From Mantamonas sphyraenae STR306 (lineage: Eukaryota; Protista; CRuMs): a DNA stretch of 64,000 bases. The stretch is taken from contig JAPMXV010000031.1 of assembly GCA_026936335.1 (NCBI GenBank), forward strand, positions 62,001-126,000, written 5' to 3'. Below, one piece after another: positions 47,401 to 59,200 of this stretch (position 1 is the stretch's first letter; each line of letters opens with the position of its first letter). The notes beneath the pieces are model-generated. The model was not told the origin of the DNA. It searched no databases and saw only the letters and a program-made list of their open reading frames with translations. Position numbers and translations under genes: made by a program.

Positions 47401-50400
47401 CCGGACTTTGTGCCTGCCAAGGTGGGCGCCGCATCGCGCGCAGCCAAATCTCTGTGCCAGTGGGTGATTGCCATGTGTGCGTACGACAAGGCGATCAAGG
47501 TGGTTATGCCGAAGCGCGCAGCGTTGGCAGAGGCTGAGCAGCAGCTGCAGCAGATGGAGGAGAACTTGCGCGAGAAAAGGCAGAGCGTGCGTGTGATCGA
47601 GGCCAAGATCAACGAGCTGGTGAAGAGCGTGGAGCAGAGCAAGGCTCAGAAGCACGAGTTGGAGGTGGAGGTGAACCGCTGTGTGACAAAGATCGAACGT
47701 GCCAAGATCCTGATTGCAGGCCTGACTGGAGAGCGCTCGCGATGGGCAAACGCTGTCACCGAGCTGCAAGCGTCGTACGTGACTCTGACGGGTGACATGC
47801 TGCTGGCAGCAGGCGCCATCTGCTACCTGGGTCCGTTTACACACCAATACCGTGAACGGTGCATGGACGATTGGCACCGAATGTTGCAAAGCCACGAGGT
47901 GCCATGCAGTGAGGACTTTTCGCTGAGCAAGGCGCTGGGCGGCCACGTGCAGATCAGGCAGTGGCAGCTTGCAGGGTTGCCCATGGACAAGTTCTGCACA
48001 GACAACGCCATTATCGCTCACAACGCCAACCGCTACCCGTTGATGATCGACCCTCAGGGGCAAGCCAACAGGTGGATTCGCAACAACTGGGAAGACGACA
48101 AGCTGATGGTGGCCAAGGCGAGCGACGAACACTTCCAGCGCACGCTGGAGAACGCACTGGAGGTTGGAAAGGTGCTCCTGTTGGAGGATGTCGGCCAGGA
48201 GCTGGATCCCATCCTGGAGCCCATCTTGCTGAAACAATTCGAGAAGAAGGGCGGACAGACAACGATTAAGCTGGGTGACGGCGAAGTTGCGGTCACGGAC
48301 ACGTTCCAGCTCTTCATGACGACGACGTTGGACAATCCCGACTTTTCGCCCGAAACGCTTCTCAAGGTGCGCATCATCAACTTTGTGATCACGCCAGACG
48401 GCCTGGAGGACCAACTGCTGAGTACGGTGGTGCATGAGGAGCGGCCCGAGCTGGAGGAAGAGATGCACAGGATGCTTATCCAGAGCAGTGCGTTCAAGAA
48501 CCAGCTGCTTGCCATCGAAGACCGCATCCTGGACATGTTGAACGAAGTGCCCGGCTTCTTGCTGGACAACGAGATTCTGATCAACGCTCTGAGCGCTTCG
48601 CGAGAGAAGGCCAAGGAAATCGAAAAGAAGATGGAGCAAGCAGAGCAGGCGGTGGCCAAGTTGGAGGAGACGCGCGATTTGTACAAGCCGTTGGCGGTAC
48701 AAGGCGCGGTGATTTTCTTTTGCGTCGCAAGCCTTGCCGACGTGGATCCGATGTATCAGCACTCGCTGGAATGGTTCAACTCTGTGTTTCACCAAAGCGT
48801 GCGGATGTGCCGTGTGGATGACTCGCATGACGAACGCCTGGAAGCGATGAAGGATCTGTTCCTGTACACGGTGTACGGAAGTGTGTGCCAGTCGCTGTTC
48901 TCACACGACCAGTTGATGTTTGCCTTCCAGCTGTGTGTGGCCATCATGCAGTCGGAAGACCTCATTGACGAACGCGAATGGCGATTCTTCCTGACGGGCA
49001 ACCTGAGCGTGGGTACGACGGTGCTGGCAGACAACCCGGCAGAGGAATGGCTGCCTGACTCGGCCTGGTTTGACTTGGTGGAAATGAGCAGGTTGCCGTG
49101 CATGAAGGGGTTCCTGGAAGACTTTGTGAAGCGAGTGGACGAGTGGAAGGAGTACTGTGGGGCAAAGACGCCACACAGGCAGCCTCTGGTGGGCGAATGG
49201 GAGGAGCGGCTGAGCGAGTTTCAGCGGCTGGTTGTTCTGCGCTGCCTGCGCAAGGACAAGGTTGTGTCTGCTGTCCAGCGCTTTGTGGGCAACAATCTGG
49301 GCGAAAAGTACATCGAAGCCCCTCCGCTGAGCTTGGCGTCGGCGTATGCGACGAGCAGCGCAGCGGTGCCGCTGGTGTTTGTGCTGAGCGAGGGTGCCGA
49401 CCCCACGGCTGAGCTGGAGCGATTTGCAGAGAGCAAAAAGATGCGAGACAAGATGGATGTGGTGTCCCTGGGCCAAGGCCAAGGCCCTGTAGCAGAGCGT
49501 CTGCTTCGGCGGGCCATGGAGTTTGGCCTGTGGGTGGTGTTGCAAAACTGCCACCTGGCGTTGAGCTGGATGCCCACGCTGGAACGGCTGTGTGGCAACG
49601 ACCTGCGTGCCACCACGGTACACCCCAACTTCCGGCTGTGGCTTACGTCAATGCCGTCGCCGCACTTCCCTGTGTCGGTGCTGAAGAACAGCGTCAAGAT
49701 GGTTCACGAACCGGCGATGGGCATCCGCAACAACATGAAGCGGATGTACATGTCGTGGAAGGTGGACGAGTTTGAGGAGATGTGCTTTGAGAAGGAGTCC
49801 TGGAAGAAGCTTGCGTTTGGGCTTGCGTTCTTCCATTCCATGATTCAGGAGAGGCGTCGCTTCGGATCCATCGGGTTCAACAACAAGTACGAATTCAACG
49901 AAAGCGACTTGCGCATCTCGATGCGACACCTGGCGATGCTTCTGAACGACAGCAGCAGCGGAGAGGTGCCGTACGACGCGCTGCGCTACTTGACGGGTGA
50001 AATCAACTACGGCGGGCGTGTGACGGACGAAATGGACAGGCGCACGCTGGTGACAGTGCTGAGGGACTACTACACTCCGGAAATCATGGACGACGCCTAC
50101 CGCTTCTCCGAGTCGGGCGTATACTATGCACCCAAAGAGGGCGGTCTGGACTCGTACCTGAACTACATCGACGCGTTGCCTCTTCACGACGGACCCGAGG
50201 TGTTTGGCTTGCACGAAAACTCGGACATCTTCAGGGGCATGGGTGAGACGCAGTTGCTTCTTGAGCACCTGCTTGGTGCGCAGAGGCATCGGGGCGGCCT
50301 GCGTGCGCTGGTGAACCAAAAGAGCAGCGAGAGCGAGGCGGGGGAGAGACCCAAAACAAGTGACTTGGGGGGCACTGTGCCCGTGTTGGATTTGTGTGAA

Positions 50401-51321
50401 AGCATCCTCAGGAGGCTGCCACGCGAGTTTGACGTGCAGGAAGCGCGCTCGCAGTACGGCGAGTCACACGAGGACAGCATGAACACGGTGCTGCTGCAGG
50501 AACTGGAGCGGTACAACAAACTGCTGGGCGTGGTGCGACTGTCGCTGCAAGAGCTGATCAAAGCAAGCCGGGGACTGATGGTGATGAGCCAAGCGCTGGA
50601 CGAGATGAACCAGGCGATGGCGATTGGACGCGTGCCGCAGCGCTGGCTGGAGGCATCGTACCCCAGCGAAAAGGCGTTGGGAGGCTATGTGACGGACCTT
50701 CTGGCACGGCTGGACTACTTCCAGCGCTGGGTGCAGGAGGGCCAACCAACGGCGTTCTGGATTTCGGGCTTTTTCTATCCGCAGTCTTTCCTGACGAGCG
50801 TGCTGCAGATCTACGCACGCAAGCACACGGTGGCCATCGATACCATTGGGTTCCGCTGCCATGTGATGGCGTCGCGCGAGCCTGGAGTGTACACGAGTCC
50901 GCCGAAAGATGGAGCATACGTGTATGGGCTGCATCTGGAGGGTGCACGGTGGGACATTGTGGACAATGTGTTGGACGAGTCGCGCTCCAAGGTGCTTCAC
51001 TCGAGCCTGCCCGTGGTGTGGCTGGAACCGCACGTGGTGCGATACGAAGACGGCGAGTTGCTCGAGGACGATGCAGATGTGGAAGCAGCGGCGGAGTTTG
51101 ACAGGGAAACTGGCCGTGTACTGGCGGTGGACAAGCAAGGCACGCCGACGCTGTACGAGTACGTGTGTCCCGTGTACTACACGACAGCGCGGCGGGGGAA
51201 GATTTCCACCACCGGTCGCTCGAGCAACCACGTGCTGAACATCCAACTTCCGACCAAGTTGGATCCGACGCATTGGGTAAAGCGCGGAGTGGCAGCGGTG
51301 TGCTCGCTCGAGTTTTCGTGA
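36955..51321 (+). CDS. Axonemal inner-arm (single-headed) dynein heavy chain
   Basis: P-loops GPAGTGKT, GDPLSGKT, GPTGTGKS and GVGGSGRQS; FPRFYFLS; CFDEFNRI; stalk; C-terminal HWVKRGVA. A single intron at 37453-37728 is in frame with the 4510-aa ORF. Confidence 0.96.
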
Positions 51322-51367
51322 TGGCAGACTGTGCAGGGCGGCGCGGAGTGGTGCAGGGGAAAAGGAG

Positions 51368-51896
51368 ATGAGCAGCACGGATGGCAATGAAGCAGCAATT
51401 CTGAAGCAGGCCGAGAGCATGAGGCGTACGTTTGTTGGAGAACGGAATGGTCAATGGAGATTGTTGTTGAGGGGTGTTGCAGCGACCGGTGCTTGGAAAC
51501 GAGAGGGTTTGGCAAACCGCGTTGCTGCGGCAACACAGAAAAGCACACTCACCCAACCTGTTCGACACCACTCAGAAATGGTGAGCAGCTTGCAGACAAA
51601 GATCACCAAGATGGGACAGGACGTGACGCAGCTGGAGACGGAGAACAAGCAGCTGAAAGCAGAGAATGAGTTTCTCAAGGTGTGTTGTGTCTCCCGTTGT
51701 CGTCTTGTGTGTGCACTGAGCGAGAAGGGGACATGGAAACCTGAATGGACGTCCAATGCGAATGCCCACATGGTGCCATGCGGGTTCAATGACGGCACTG
51801 CGCTGTGGACAAGGGGCCGAAGACGATTGTTTTCTTCGTTTGCTCACACCGTGCACCCAACTGCAGAAGGAGGTTGAGCGACTGCGCAGTGGATGA
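51368..51896 (+). CDS. Short coiled-coil protein (63 aa), SCOC/UNC-69-like
   Basis: Introns 51426-51575 and 51680-51866 give MSSTDGNEAAILKQAESMRQMVSSLQTKITKMGQDVTQLETENKQLKAENEFLKKEVERLRSG*. Confidence 0.6.
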
Positions 51897-51951
51897 CATT
51901 CCAGGGAGGGGGTGGAGGCAAGGAGGTGTTTTCATTGAACCTGAAGACGAT

Positions 51952-54900
51952 TCAAAACTCGTGGGCGTCTTCTTCGTCCATGGTTGGCGAGCCAAAGCTG
52001 TTGCTTGTGTTGTCGTCGTTGTCGTCGTCCTGCTGGGAGCGTTGCTGCCTGTGTCGCCTCCTTTGGCGCATGTGTCTGCGTCGCGTGTCGTGCGTGATCA
52101 TGCCACGTGGTTCGGAAATGACAAAGGTGTTGTAGCTGATCACGTGCGGGAGCGTCGACGGCGACACTTCCATCTCGTTGTTGTGATTGGACGATGACGT
52201 GTGCACCGTTTCCATGGCCGACGTAGATGTGTCATCTGTTGCCGCCGAGTCTGTGCTGCCCGGCAGGCTGCGACGATTGCCACGCAGAGGCCTGTGCAGC
52301 GCGGCGCGTCGTGCGAGACGATGTGGCATCGTCATGAGTTGCTGCAGAGGAATAGGAGCCGTTCGTCGCTCGACAATCTGCCTGCGAGTGTCCGTTCCAC
52401 TTCCGCCCGTGGAGCCGCCGCTGCCCGAGCCGCCAGGTTGGCCAGATGAAGAGGCGTCGCCAGATCTGCCGAGTGCTCCTTCGATCAGTTCGGCTGACTG
52501 CGACGCAGCTGATTCGAGCTCGGAAAAGATGGCCAGCGCCGAAGCCGGAGCTTGGCTAAAGGCAGAGGCGAGTACAGCACGGCGCATGCGCTCCCGGTGG
52601 CGTTGGGTGCCTGTGACGTTGCCAGATTCGTCCGCATTGCCGACGTGATCGTCGTCGGGTACGTTGCCAGAGAGGCGACCCAAGAGAGTGGCCAGGTTGG
52701 CCTGGGCCATGTCAAAGGGTGCGTTTGCACTGTGGGACAGCTTGCACTTGGGCGCGTGGAGGCGGCCAAAACGCACGGCGGCCCACGTGACGTGTGTACA
52801 GTCACTGACGTACAGGGAACGCAGACGTTCACACTTTGAAAGTAGACTGATGACGACTTCGTCATTGACGCCGGGGCAGCCGGAAAGGGCGCACCCCTGT
52901 AGGCCCGGGACACGCTCGCTGAAATCGACCAGGCCTGCAGAGGTCAACTTGTCGCACTTGTCAAAGTTGACATGACGGAGCTTGGAGGTGAACTTGGCGC
53001 GGCTTATGGAGTGCAGGGTGGTGTCGGTGATGTTTGTGCAGAGCTTGAGGTTGAGGACCTGCAGGCAGGAGTTGTGCTCGCGCAGGGCTTCTGCGGTTCC
53101 GTCACCAATGTTTGCACAGCCGTGGAGATCGAGCAGTTGGAGGTCGGGCAAGCAGCGCACGAGCTCGCGGATGGACGAGTCGTGGACGTTGGGGCAATTG
53201 CTGATGTACACGGTTTCCACACAGGGCGACTCGACGTTGGCGACATACTCGAGCACGCCCTCGTCGGTGATCCCTGGGGCACGAGAGAAATAGACGTTTC
53301 GCAGCTGGGGCAGGCCCGAGAGGGCGGCGACGCCCGTGTCTGTAATGAGTTTGCAGCCGCGCAGGTCGAGATGCTTGGTTGCCTTGCAGTTGGCCACGAG
53401 CTCAGTGAGGCCCCGGTCAGTGATGTTGCGGCAGTTTGTCAGTTCGCAGTGGCGCAGTTCGCTACAGTGTGCGGCGACTGCGACGATGCCGTCGTCGGTG
53501 ATTTCGCGGCAGTTTGTGAGGTTGAGGTGCTTAAGAAGTCGACAGTTTTCACCGATGGTGTGCAGCGAGGCATCTGTGATCATGCGGCAGAACTGCAGGT
53601 TGAGGTATTGGAGATCACGTGAGCGAGCGAGTACGGTGGTAAGAGAGCGATCGGTGACTTCGCACAGGCCGTTGATGCTGAGGGCAAGCATCTTGCTGCA
53701 GAGGGAGGAGATGGCCATGAGGCCCGAGTCGCCGATATACTCGCAGCCCTTGACGTTGAGGATGGTCCACGGGTGGTTGTGGTTGCCATCGCGCTGGTGC
53801 TGGCTTTGGAGAGCAATGAACGGCTGGTCGTTGATGCGCACGCAGTTCTCCATGCTGAGGTACTGCAGGTTGAGACAGTTGAGCAGCATGGGAGTCAGGC
53901 CTGCGTTGGACACAAGGTCGCAGTTGGAGATGTTGAGACCGCGGAGACGCTTGAGGGAGCGCAGCGACTGGATGCCGGGGTCGGAGATCTGCTTGCAGCC
54001 GTTGAGATCGAGAGTTTGCAGCTTGGTACAATGGCGAGTTATGTGTTGGAGGCCCTCGTTGGTGATGTTTGTGCACGAGCCGAGAAAGAGCTCTTCGAGG
54101 TTTGGGCAGCACTCGGCGACGGTTTGCAGGCCGGCGCTTGTGATGCGTTTGCAGCCACGAAGGGAGAGGACCTCGAGGGCGGGGCTTAGAGCAATGAGGG
54201 CGTGGTCTGAGATATTGTCACAGCTGTTGAGTGTGAGGACGCGCAGGTTGGGGTTGCGCTGGAGAATGTAGACGATGCCTGCGTCGGTGAGCTCGTTGCA
54301 CGTGCAAAAGTACATGTGGCGCACCTGAGTGGCGTACTGGGCGACGGCCTTGACTCCCTTGTTGGTGACTGTATAGCGATGAGAGTGGAGGTTGAGCCTG
54401 GGCCAGAGCTGCGGGGAGCGGACGTAGCGGAGCCAGCGTTTGCACACCTGCATACAGAGCATCTTTGTTTGGAAGGGCAGAAACTGAAGGATGTGGCAAA
54501 TGACGTCGCCGGGGAGAACGTTGTTGATACAGTGGAGTGGGTTGTTGTCCTCGGTGTCCATGAACGAGGAGGAAGAGGAGGACGACGAGGACGACGACGA
54601 GGAAGACGACGCAGAGGCATCCAATCGCTCGTCCTCCTTGACCTGGGACAGGAGGCTTCGGTAATCGGCCACAGAGAGGCCTAGGTCCTGGCGAGCAGGC
54701 ACAAGGGCAAAGGGGCTGTCGGAGTGTGCGTCCGCCTCGCCTTCGGACGGAACGGAGGAGAGGGAAAAGGTAGAGGGCATGGTGGACATGACATGTGCAG
54801 ACAAAAGAGACGGGATGGGAGACTGGGCCAGGCCAGAGTGTACGGGGGAAGCCCTGCTGCTGCCTCCGGGAATGGAGGGAGAACCCAGCTGCGCGTCGAT

Positions 54901-55233
54901 TGCTTCGACGTGGCTCATGTCGCTGTCGTCCGCAATGGAGTCTGCGCTGCTACTGCTGGTAGAGGTTGTGTGATGCACAAGGCCCTGCTCGTCCAGGCGG
55001 CCGTCAACGTTGATAGTGGGCGAAGCCGAGGTGGAACGAGTTTCGGAAGAAGGCGCGGGTTCGGAAGAGCGATGTTCCTCTTCCTGAAAGACAAACGTGC
55101 CATCGGAGGTGGAGGACATCATGGGAACACTCTCGATGCTCACCATGGAGTTGGACTGTGTTGTGGCAGAGCGTGTGTTTGCGCGCGGATTGCGAATGTG
55201 CACTGTGGAGGCGTTGTTTGGTGCAGAATCCAT
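51952..55233 (-). CDS. F-box/LRR protein (FBXL/Grr1-like)
   Basis: F-box LPGDVICHILQFL..QVCKRW followed by many Cys-containing LRRs (LxLxxCxxITDxG); low-complexity termini. Confidence 0.93.
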   Translation of the reverse strand: MDSAPNNASTVHIRNPRANTRSATTQSNSMVSIESVPMMSSTSDGTFVFQEEEHRSSEPAPSSETRSTSASPTINVDGRLDEQGLVHHTTSTSSSSADSIADDSDMSHVEAIDAQLGSPSIPGGSSRASPVHSGLAQSPIPSLLSAHVMSTMPSTFSLSSVPSEGEADAHSDSPFALVPARQDLGLSVADYRSLLSQVKEDERLDASASSSSSSSSSSSSSSSFMDTEDNNPLHCINNVLPGDVICHILQFLPFQTKMLCMQVCKRWLRYVRSPQLWPRLNLHSHRYTVTNKGVKAVAQYATQVRHMYFCTCNELTDAGIVYILQRNPNLRVLTLNSCDNISDHALIALSPALEVLSLRGCKRITSAGLQTVAECCPNLEELFLGSCTNITNEGLQHITRHCTKLQTLDLNGCKQISDPGIQSLRSLKRLRGLNISNCDLVSNAGLTPMLLNCLNLQYLSMENCVRINDQPFIALQSQHQRDGNHNHPWTILNVKGCEYIGDSGLMAISSLCSKMLALSINGLCEVTDRSLTTVLARSRDLQYLNLQFCRMITDASLHTIGENCRLLKHLNLTNCREITDDGIVAVAAHCSELRHCELTNCRNITDRGLTELVANCKATKHLDLRGCKLITDTGVAALSGLPQLRNVYFSRAPGITDEGVLEYVANVESPCVETVYISNCPNVHDSSIRELVRCLPDLQLLDLHGCANIGDGTAEALREHNSCLQVLNLKLCTNITDTTLHSISRAKFTSKLRHVNFDKCDKLTSAGLVDFSERVPGLQGCALSGCPGVNDEVVISLLSKCERLRSLYVSDCTHVTWAAVRFGRLHAPKCKLSHSANAPFDMAQANLATLLGRLSGNVPDDDHVGNADESGNVTGTQRHRERMRRAVLASAFSQAPASALAIFSELESAASQSAELIEGALGRSGDASSSGQPGGSGSGGSTGGSGTDTRRQIVERRTAPIPLQQLMTMPHRLARRAALHRPLRGNRRSLPGSTDSAATDDTSTSAMETVHTSSSNHNNEMEVSPSTLPHVISYNTFVISEPRGMITHDTRRRHMRQRRRHRQQRSQQDDDNDDNTSNSFGSPTMDEEDAHEF

Positions 55234-56038
55234 TGTGGCTGCATCGCGGTGGTTGCGAGGGCGTTGGTGAGCAGCTGGGAAGCGAAGTAATTTGCAAAAG
55301 GGACGGATTGTGTCGCTCGCGACGTGGCCATGGCCAGGGAGATTGCACTAGGCGTGTGGTGGGCTGGTTTGCGCGCAGAAGGGCATGGAAGAACGCGGAC
55401 TCAAGCGCGCCGCGGGAAGAGGGAAATCGGACCAGGAACTTACGGGAACGGCCAGAGACAACATTGCTGTCTCTACGCTGCTCATTCGCAGCACGGGACC
55501 TCGACTCTTCTGCGACGAGCGGGAAGGGAAAGGTCAGTAGGGTGGCGGGCGGGGGGTGGCGTGTGCTGTGCGGAGATGGGGTGCACTACACGATTTTGCT
55601 GTGCAACGCAAAGAGCTGCAGCTGCGCCGTGCACCCATGCATCGTGCACCAAGACTGCCTCCATTCGACAAAGAGAATACACCCAGCAAACCAACCATCG
55701 GAATCCACGCGCTGCTTCTTGTCAATATGTACATTTGCGATGGGCGGACTCGGTTCGGACTCGTCCGTCTCTGTCCGGAGACCCCGCTTCTTCCGCTCCA
55801 TTTTGCGTTGGCAACACCGTCGCGGCAGCGTGTCTGCAAACCATGTCCAACCAAAACACACGGTCCTTCAATATGCTCTGGCAGATCCTCAATTTGCCCA
55901 CAAGGCGCTTGATTGCACTGTGGCAAGCAAGACGTGGAAGCGCAGAAGGAGCAGGAGTTGTTTTTGCCAGGAGACTCTCCGAGTGCGTCATGCCACACAC
56001 AAAATCCACCCTGCTGGGCTGCGCTGGACCTAGCTTCG

Positions 56039-56239
56039 TCAGTCAAACAGGGTTTTCGTCTGTGCTCGCTTCTCTGCACGCTGGATGGCGGCGGTGACTT
56101 TCATGCACTCCTTGTAGGCGTCAAAGAGGTCGGCACACACCACATCCTTGTCGTCTGGGTGATCCATGATGCAGGTGAGGGAACGCTTGCGCTCGTCTCT
56201 GCATCGGGGAAGGAATTTGGTGGCGTCTTGCTTGCCCAT
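56039..56239 (-). CDS. Twin CX9C mitochondrial intermembrane-space protein, COX23/CHCHD7-like
   Basis: C-RDERKRSLT-C ... C-ADLFDAYKE-C in a 66-aa ORF. Confidence 0.78.
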   Translation of the reverse strand: MGKQDATKFLPRCRDERKRSLTCIMDHPDDKDVVCADLFDAYKECMKVTAAIQRAEKRAQTKTLFD

Positions 56240-56261
56240 GGGGTGTGAGGAGTTGTTTGCG

Positions 56262-59200
56262 ATGGCGTGGGCACGAGTTCAGTTGACGATGCCAACCACC
56301 TTGGCACGAGTCCTGAAAGAGGCAGAGGCGTGTGGCACATTCACCCGGCCGCACTCTGCATCTGCAGCCAAGAACATCGAGCTGGCAATGCTCTTCCATC
56401 GGTTGGGCCACTTTGCCAAGGAAAAGGCGTTCTACAACAAGGCGATGGCTGCGCTGGATCTGGCCATCGACGAGTACGACGGAGACAAGTCTGAAGAGGC
56501 TGAGCAGTGCGGGTTTGTGTACAGGCTGCGCGCAGAGGTGACGGACCAGCAAGACAAGCTGGAGGCCGGCCACTTTGGTGCTGCGTACGACACCGTGCAG
56601 CTAGACGAGGTTTCCAGCAACACGGACGCAGAGCAAACGTCTGTGTCGTCGCCCCACGCAGGTCCCAATGCCAGCGGTGTGTCTGGAGTTAAGGACAGTG
56701 GGGGTCATCGCAAACGCAAGCACAAGAGCAAGGGAGGTGATGGACGTCGACTCTCTCCAAATCGCAGATGGCCTCGTTGAGGCGAGCACGTGACACCAAC
56801 GAGTTGTCAGTGCAGGGTGCCTCTTCTGAAGAGGACCCGATGAGCCACCGCTCGTCTCTGGTCACGGGCAAGTTGAAGAAGAAGAAGAAGCAGGAGGAGG
56901 GAGAAACGGCGGCCGGCGAGGGAATGGGTCGCTTCGAGCAATTGGTGTCCCAGGCGTCTGTGCAGAACCTGGTGAGCGAAAAGTTTGAAGCCATCGAAAA
57001 GAAAAGCAAGGTCAAGGTGCATGGGGCAGGATCCGGGGCACGGGAGGTCGACGCAAGCACGCTGCGTGGATACAAAGCCGCTGTTGCAGCACAGTTGGCC
57101 CACGAAGGTGGCGAGAGCAGCAGCAGCGGAGGCAGCAGCGGCAAAGAGGACGGTGGCGAGGTGAGCAAAAAGATTGTGGCACGGTCACGGGAGTCCATCG
57201 CCGATGGGCGTCAGGACAGCTCGTCGCAGCTGCTCAGCAGAGTCGTGGATCAGGAGTTGAAAGAAGAAGCGGCAGAGAAGCAGGAGCAGGAACAGGAGCA
57301 GGAACAGGAACAGGATGAAGAGGGAGAACTGGACGCAGACACGCAGTTGGTTTACCGTGCATTGTTGCACGCTGTGATGTCGCCTGTGACGAGCAAGTTG
57401 GAAGAGTACGAGCTGCAGCACATCCTGACAATGCTGCGGCAGGTGTTTGACCTGTCGTTTGCCTACCACGACCACCAAGTGGACACGGTGCTGCACGCCA
57501 CCACGGGCTCGGGCTCTGGCAGCGACAACGTGGAGTTTGTTCTGGACGAGCTTGATTTCCGCCTGGCCAAGATCGACCAACATCCCAAGTACTCCAGCGA
57601 CACCTTCAAGTCAAAGGACATGTACGAAGCATGGCGCAAGCAGGAGCAGCAGCGCATCAACGGATTGATTGCAAAGGTGCGCGAAAGCAAAGACGACCAA
57701 CAAGCACTGCGGGCCAAACAAACACGCCTTGCAGGCGTGCGCCGTGGCAAGTCACGTCTTGCCGTGGGTAAGCCTGCCCATGAGCTCACGCACAGTCCTC
57801 GTGACGGCTTCCTGGACAAGGCAGCCATTCCGGTTTCCGCCACACAACCACTGGCCCAGCGCATGAACTACAGAGACATCTTTCACAAACGCTCAGACAG
57901 CGGTACCAGCTTGGGCAGCGCAAGTCCGGGGAGCAGTAGCACCACTACCACAAGCAGCGGCAGCAGTGAAAGCAGTGCCAGCATCAAGCCGGTCAAGTCT
58001 CTGTACAAGAATGTGGACCACGCAGAGGCTTACCGTCTGCTGCTGTTTCGCTTTGTGCAGTTCTCGTCACCCAATGCAAACTTGGGCGAGGCACCCAAGT
58101 TGCAGCAGAGTGGCGGCGCAGGTGGCTCGCTGGTGGAAAGCTCCTCCAAGCGCAAGTCGATTGTGGGCGGAGGATCCCACCATGAGTTTCGCAGGCTGCC
58201 GGCCGTGTTGAAGGACATTCTGAACGAGTATGCTCAGCACTACGGCGTGGGCCCGCATTTTGGGTGCCTGTGCTATCTGGAGTTCCTGGCCGATGGGTTT
58301 GAACACTCTCTGATGCACTGCTCGCTGCTGCTGGACACACTGTCGGACATGATGCAGTTGCACGAAAAAGATTCCTACGGGGAGGACGAAGCGTCTGTTG
58401 CTTTGCCTCCTATGAGTGTGACGGAGCTGGACATGTACCATCGCATCTCGGAAACGTTGCACGCGCAATTGCACAACCGCATGGTGCAGTATCGTCGGTG
58501 CTTCCCTCGCAACGAGCCGTTCGGGGCATTGCAGGATCTCGTAGACTCGTATGTGCTGCTGTGTCGCCTGGACCACCTCATTGGCGAAGGGGAGACGTCT
58601 CATGAGGAACAGCTGCGCGATTGCGTGCGCCAGAGCGTGTCTTCGCGCTTCCAGCGGCTGATCATGACGCTGGAAGTGGGTGTGGACACAGACGACGAAC
58701 AGGCCATGATGGGGGTGCTGGATATTGAGCATCTGGTGGCGCTCACCAAGGGGGTCTTGGATGAAATCGTGTTTGAGTTTACTCACTACGAGCACGAGGG
58801 CGGATTCGGCACGTACGTGGACTTTAAGAACGTGGTGGGCAACGCGTTCATGGACGAGCTGTACGCCGAGGTGGACAAGTCGATCCTGCACGCAGGGCGC
58901 TTTTCAGTGAGCGGCGCCGTGTTTGAGCTGGCTGCGCAGATCAACAGCATCTGGGTGACCATGGTAGATATGGGCGCAAACATCCAACCGCGGTCGTTGG
59001 ACGTGCTTCTGCCTCTTATTTTCCAGTGGATTGAAGAATCGACGCACCAGATGAGCGACTGGTTGTACCGAGCGATTGGAGCGGACGAGTGGGCCCCGAT
59101 GGACGACGAGCACCGCTTCTCATCCTCGGTACTGGACTTGTTCTGCATCTGCATGCAGCCGCTGAAGCTGGTGGAGGACTTGGAGGGGCTGGTGAGTATG

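Noticed and set aside
14291-51321. DPCD, dynein and prominin as a ciliary gene cluster
   Set aside because: They are dispersed over tens of kb among unrelated housekeeping genes.
57285-57315. Short tandem repeats (CAGGAR)n and AGC runs as CRISPR-like or mobile-element repeats
   Set aside because: They are in-frame coding microsatellites (QE and Ser tracts) with no spacers, terminal repeats or transposase.
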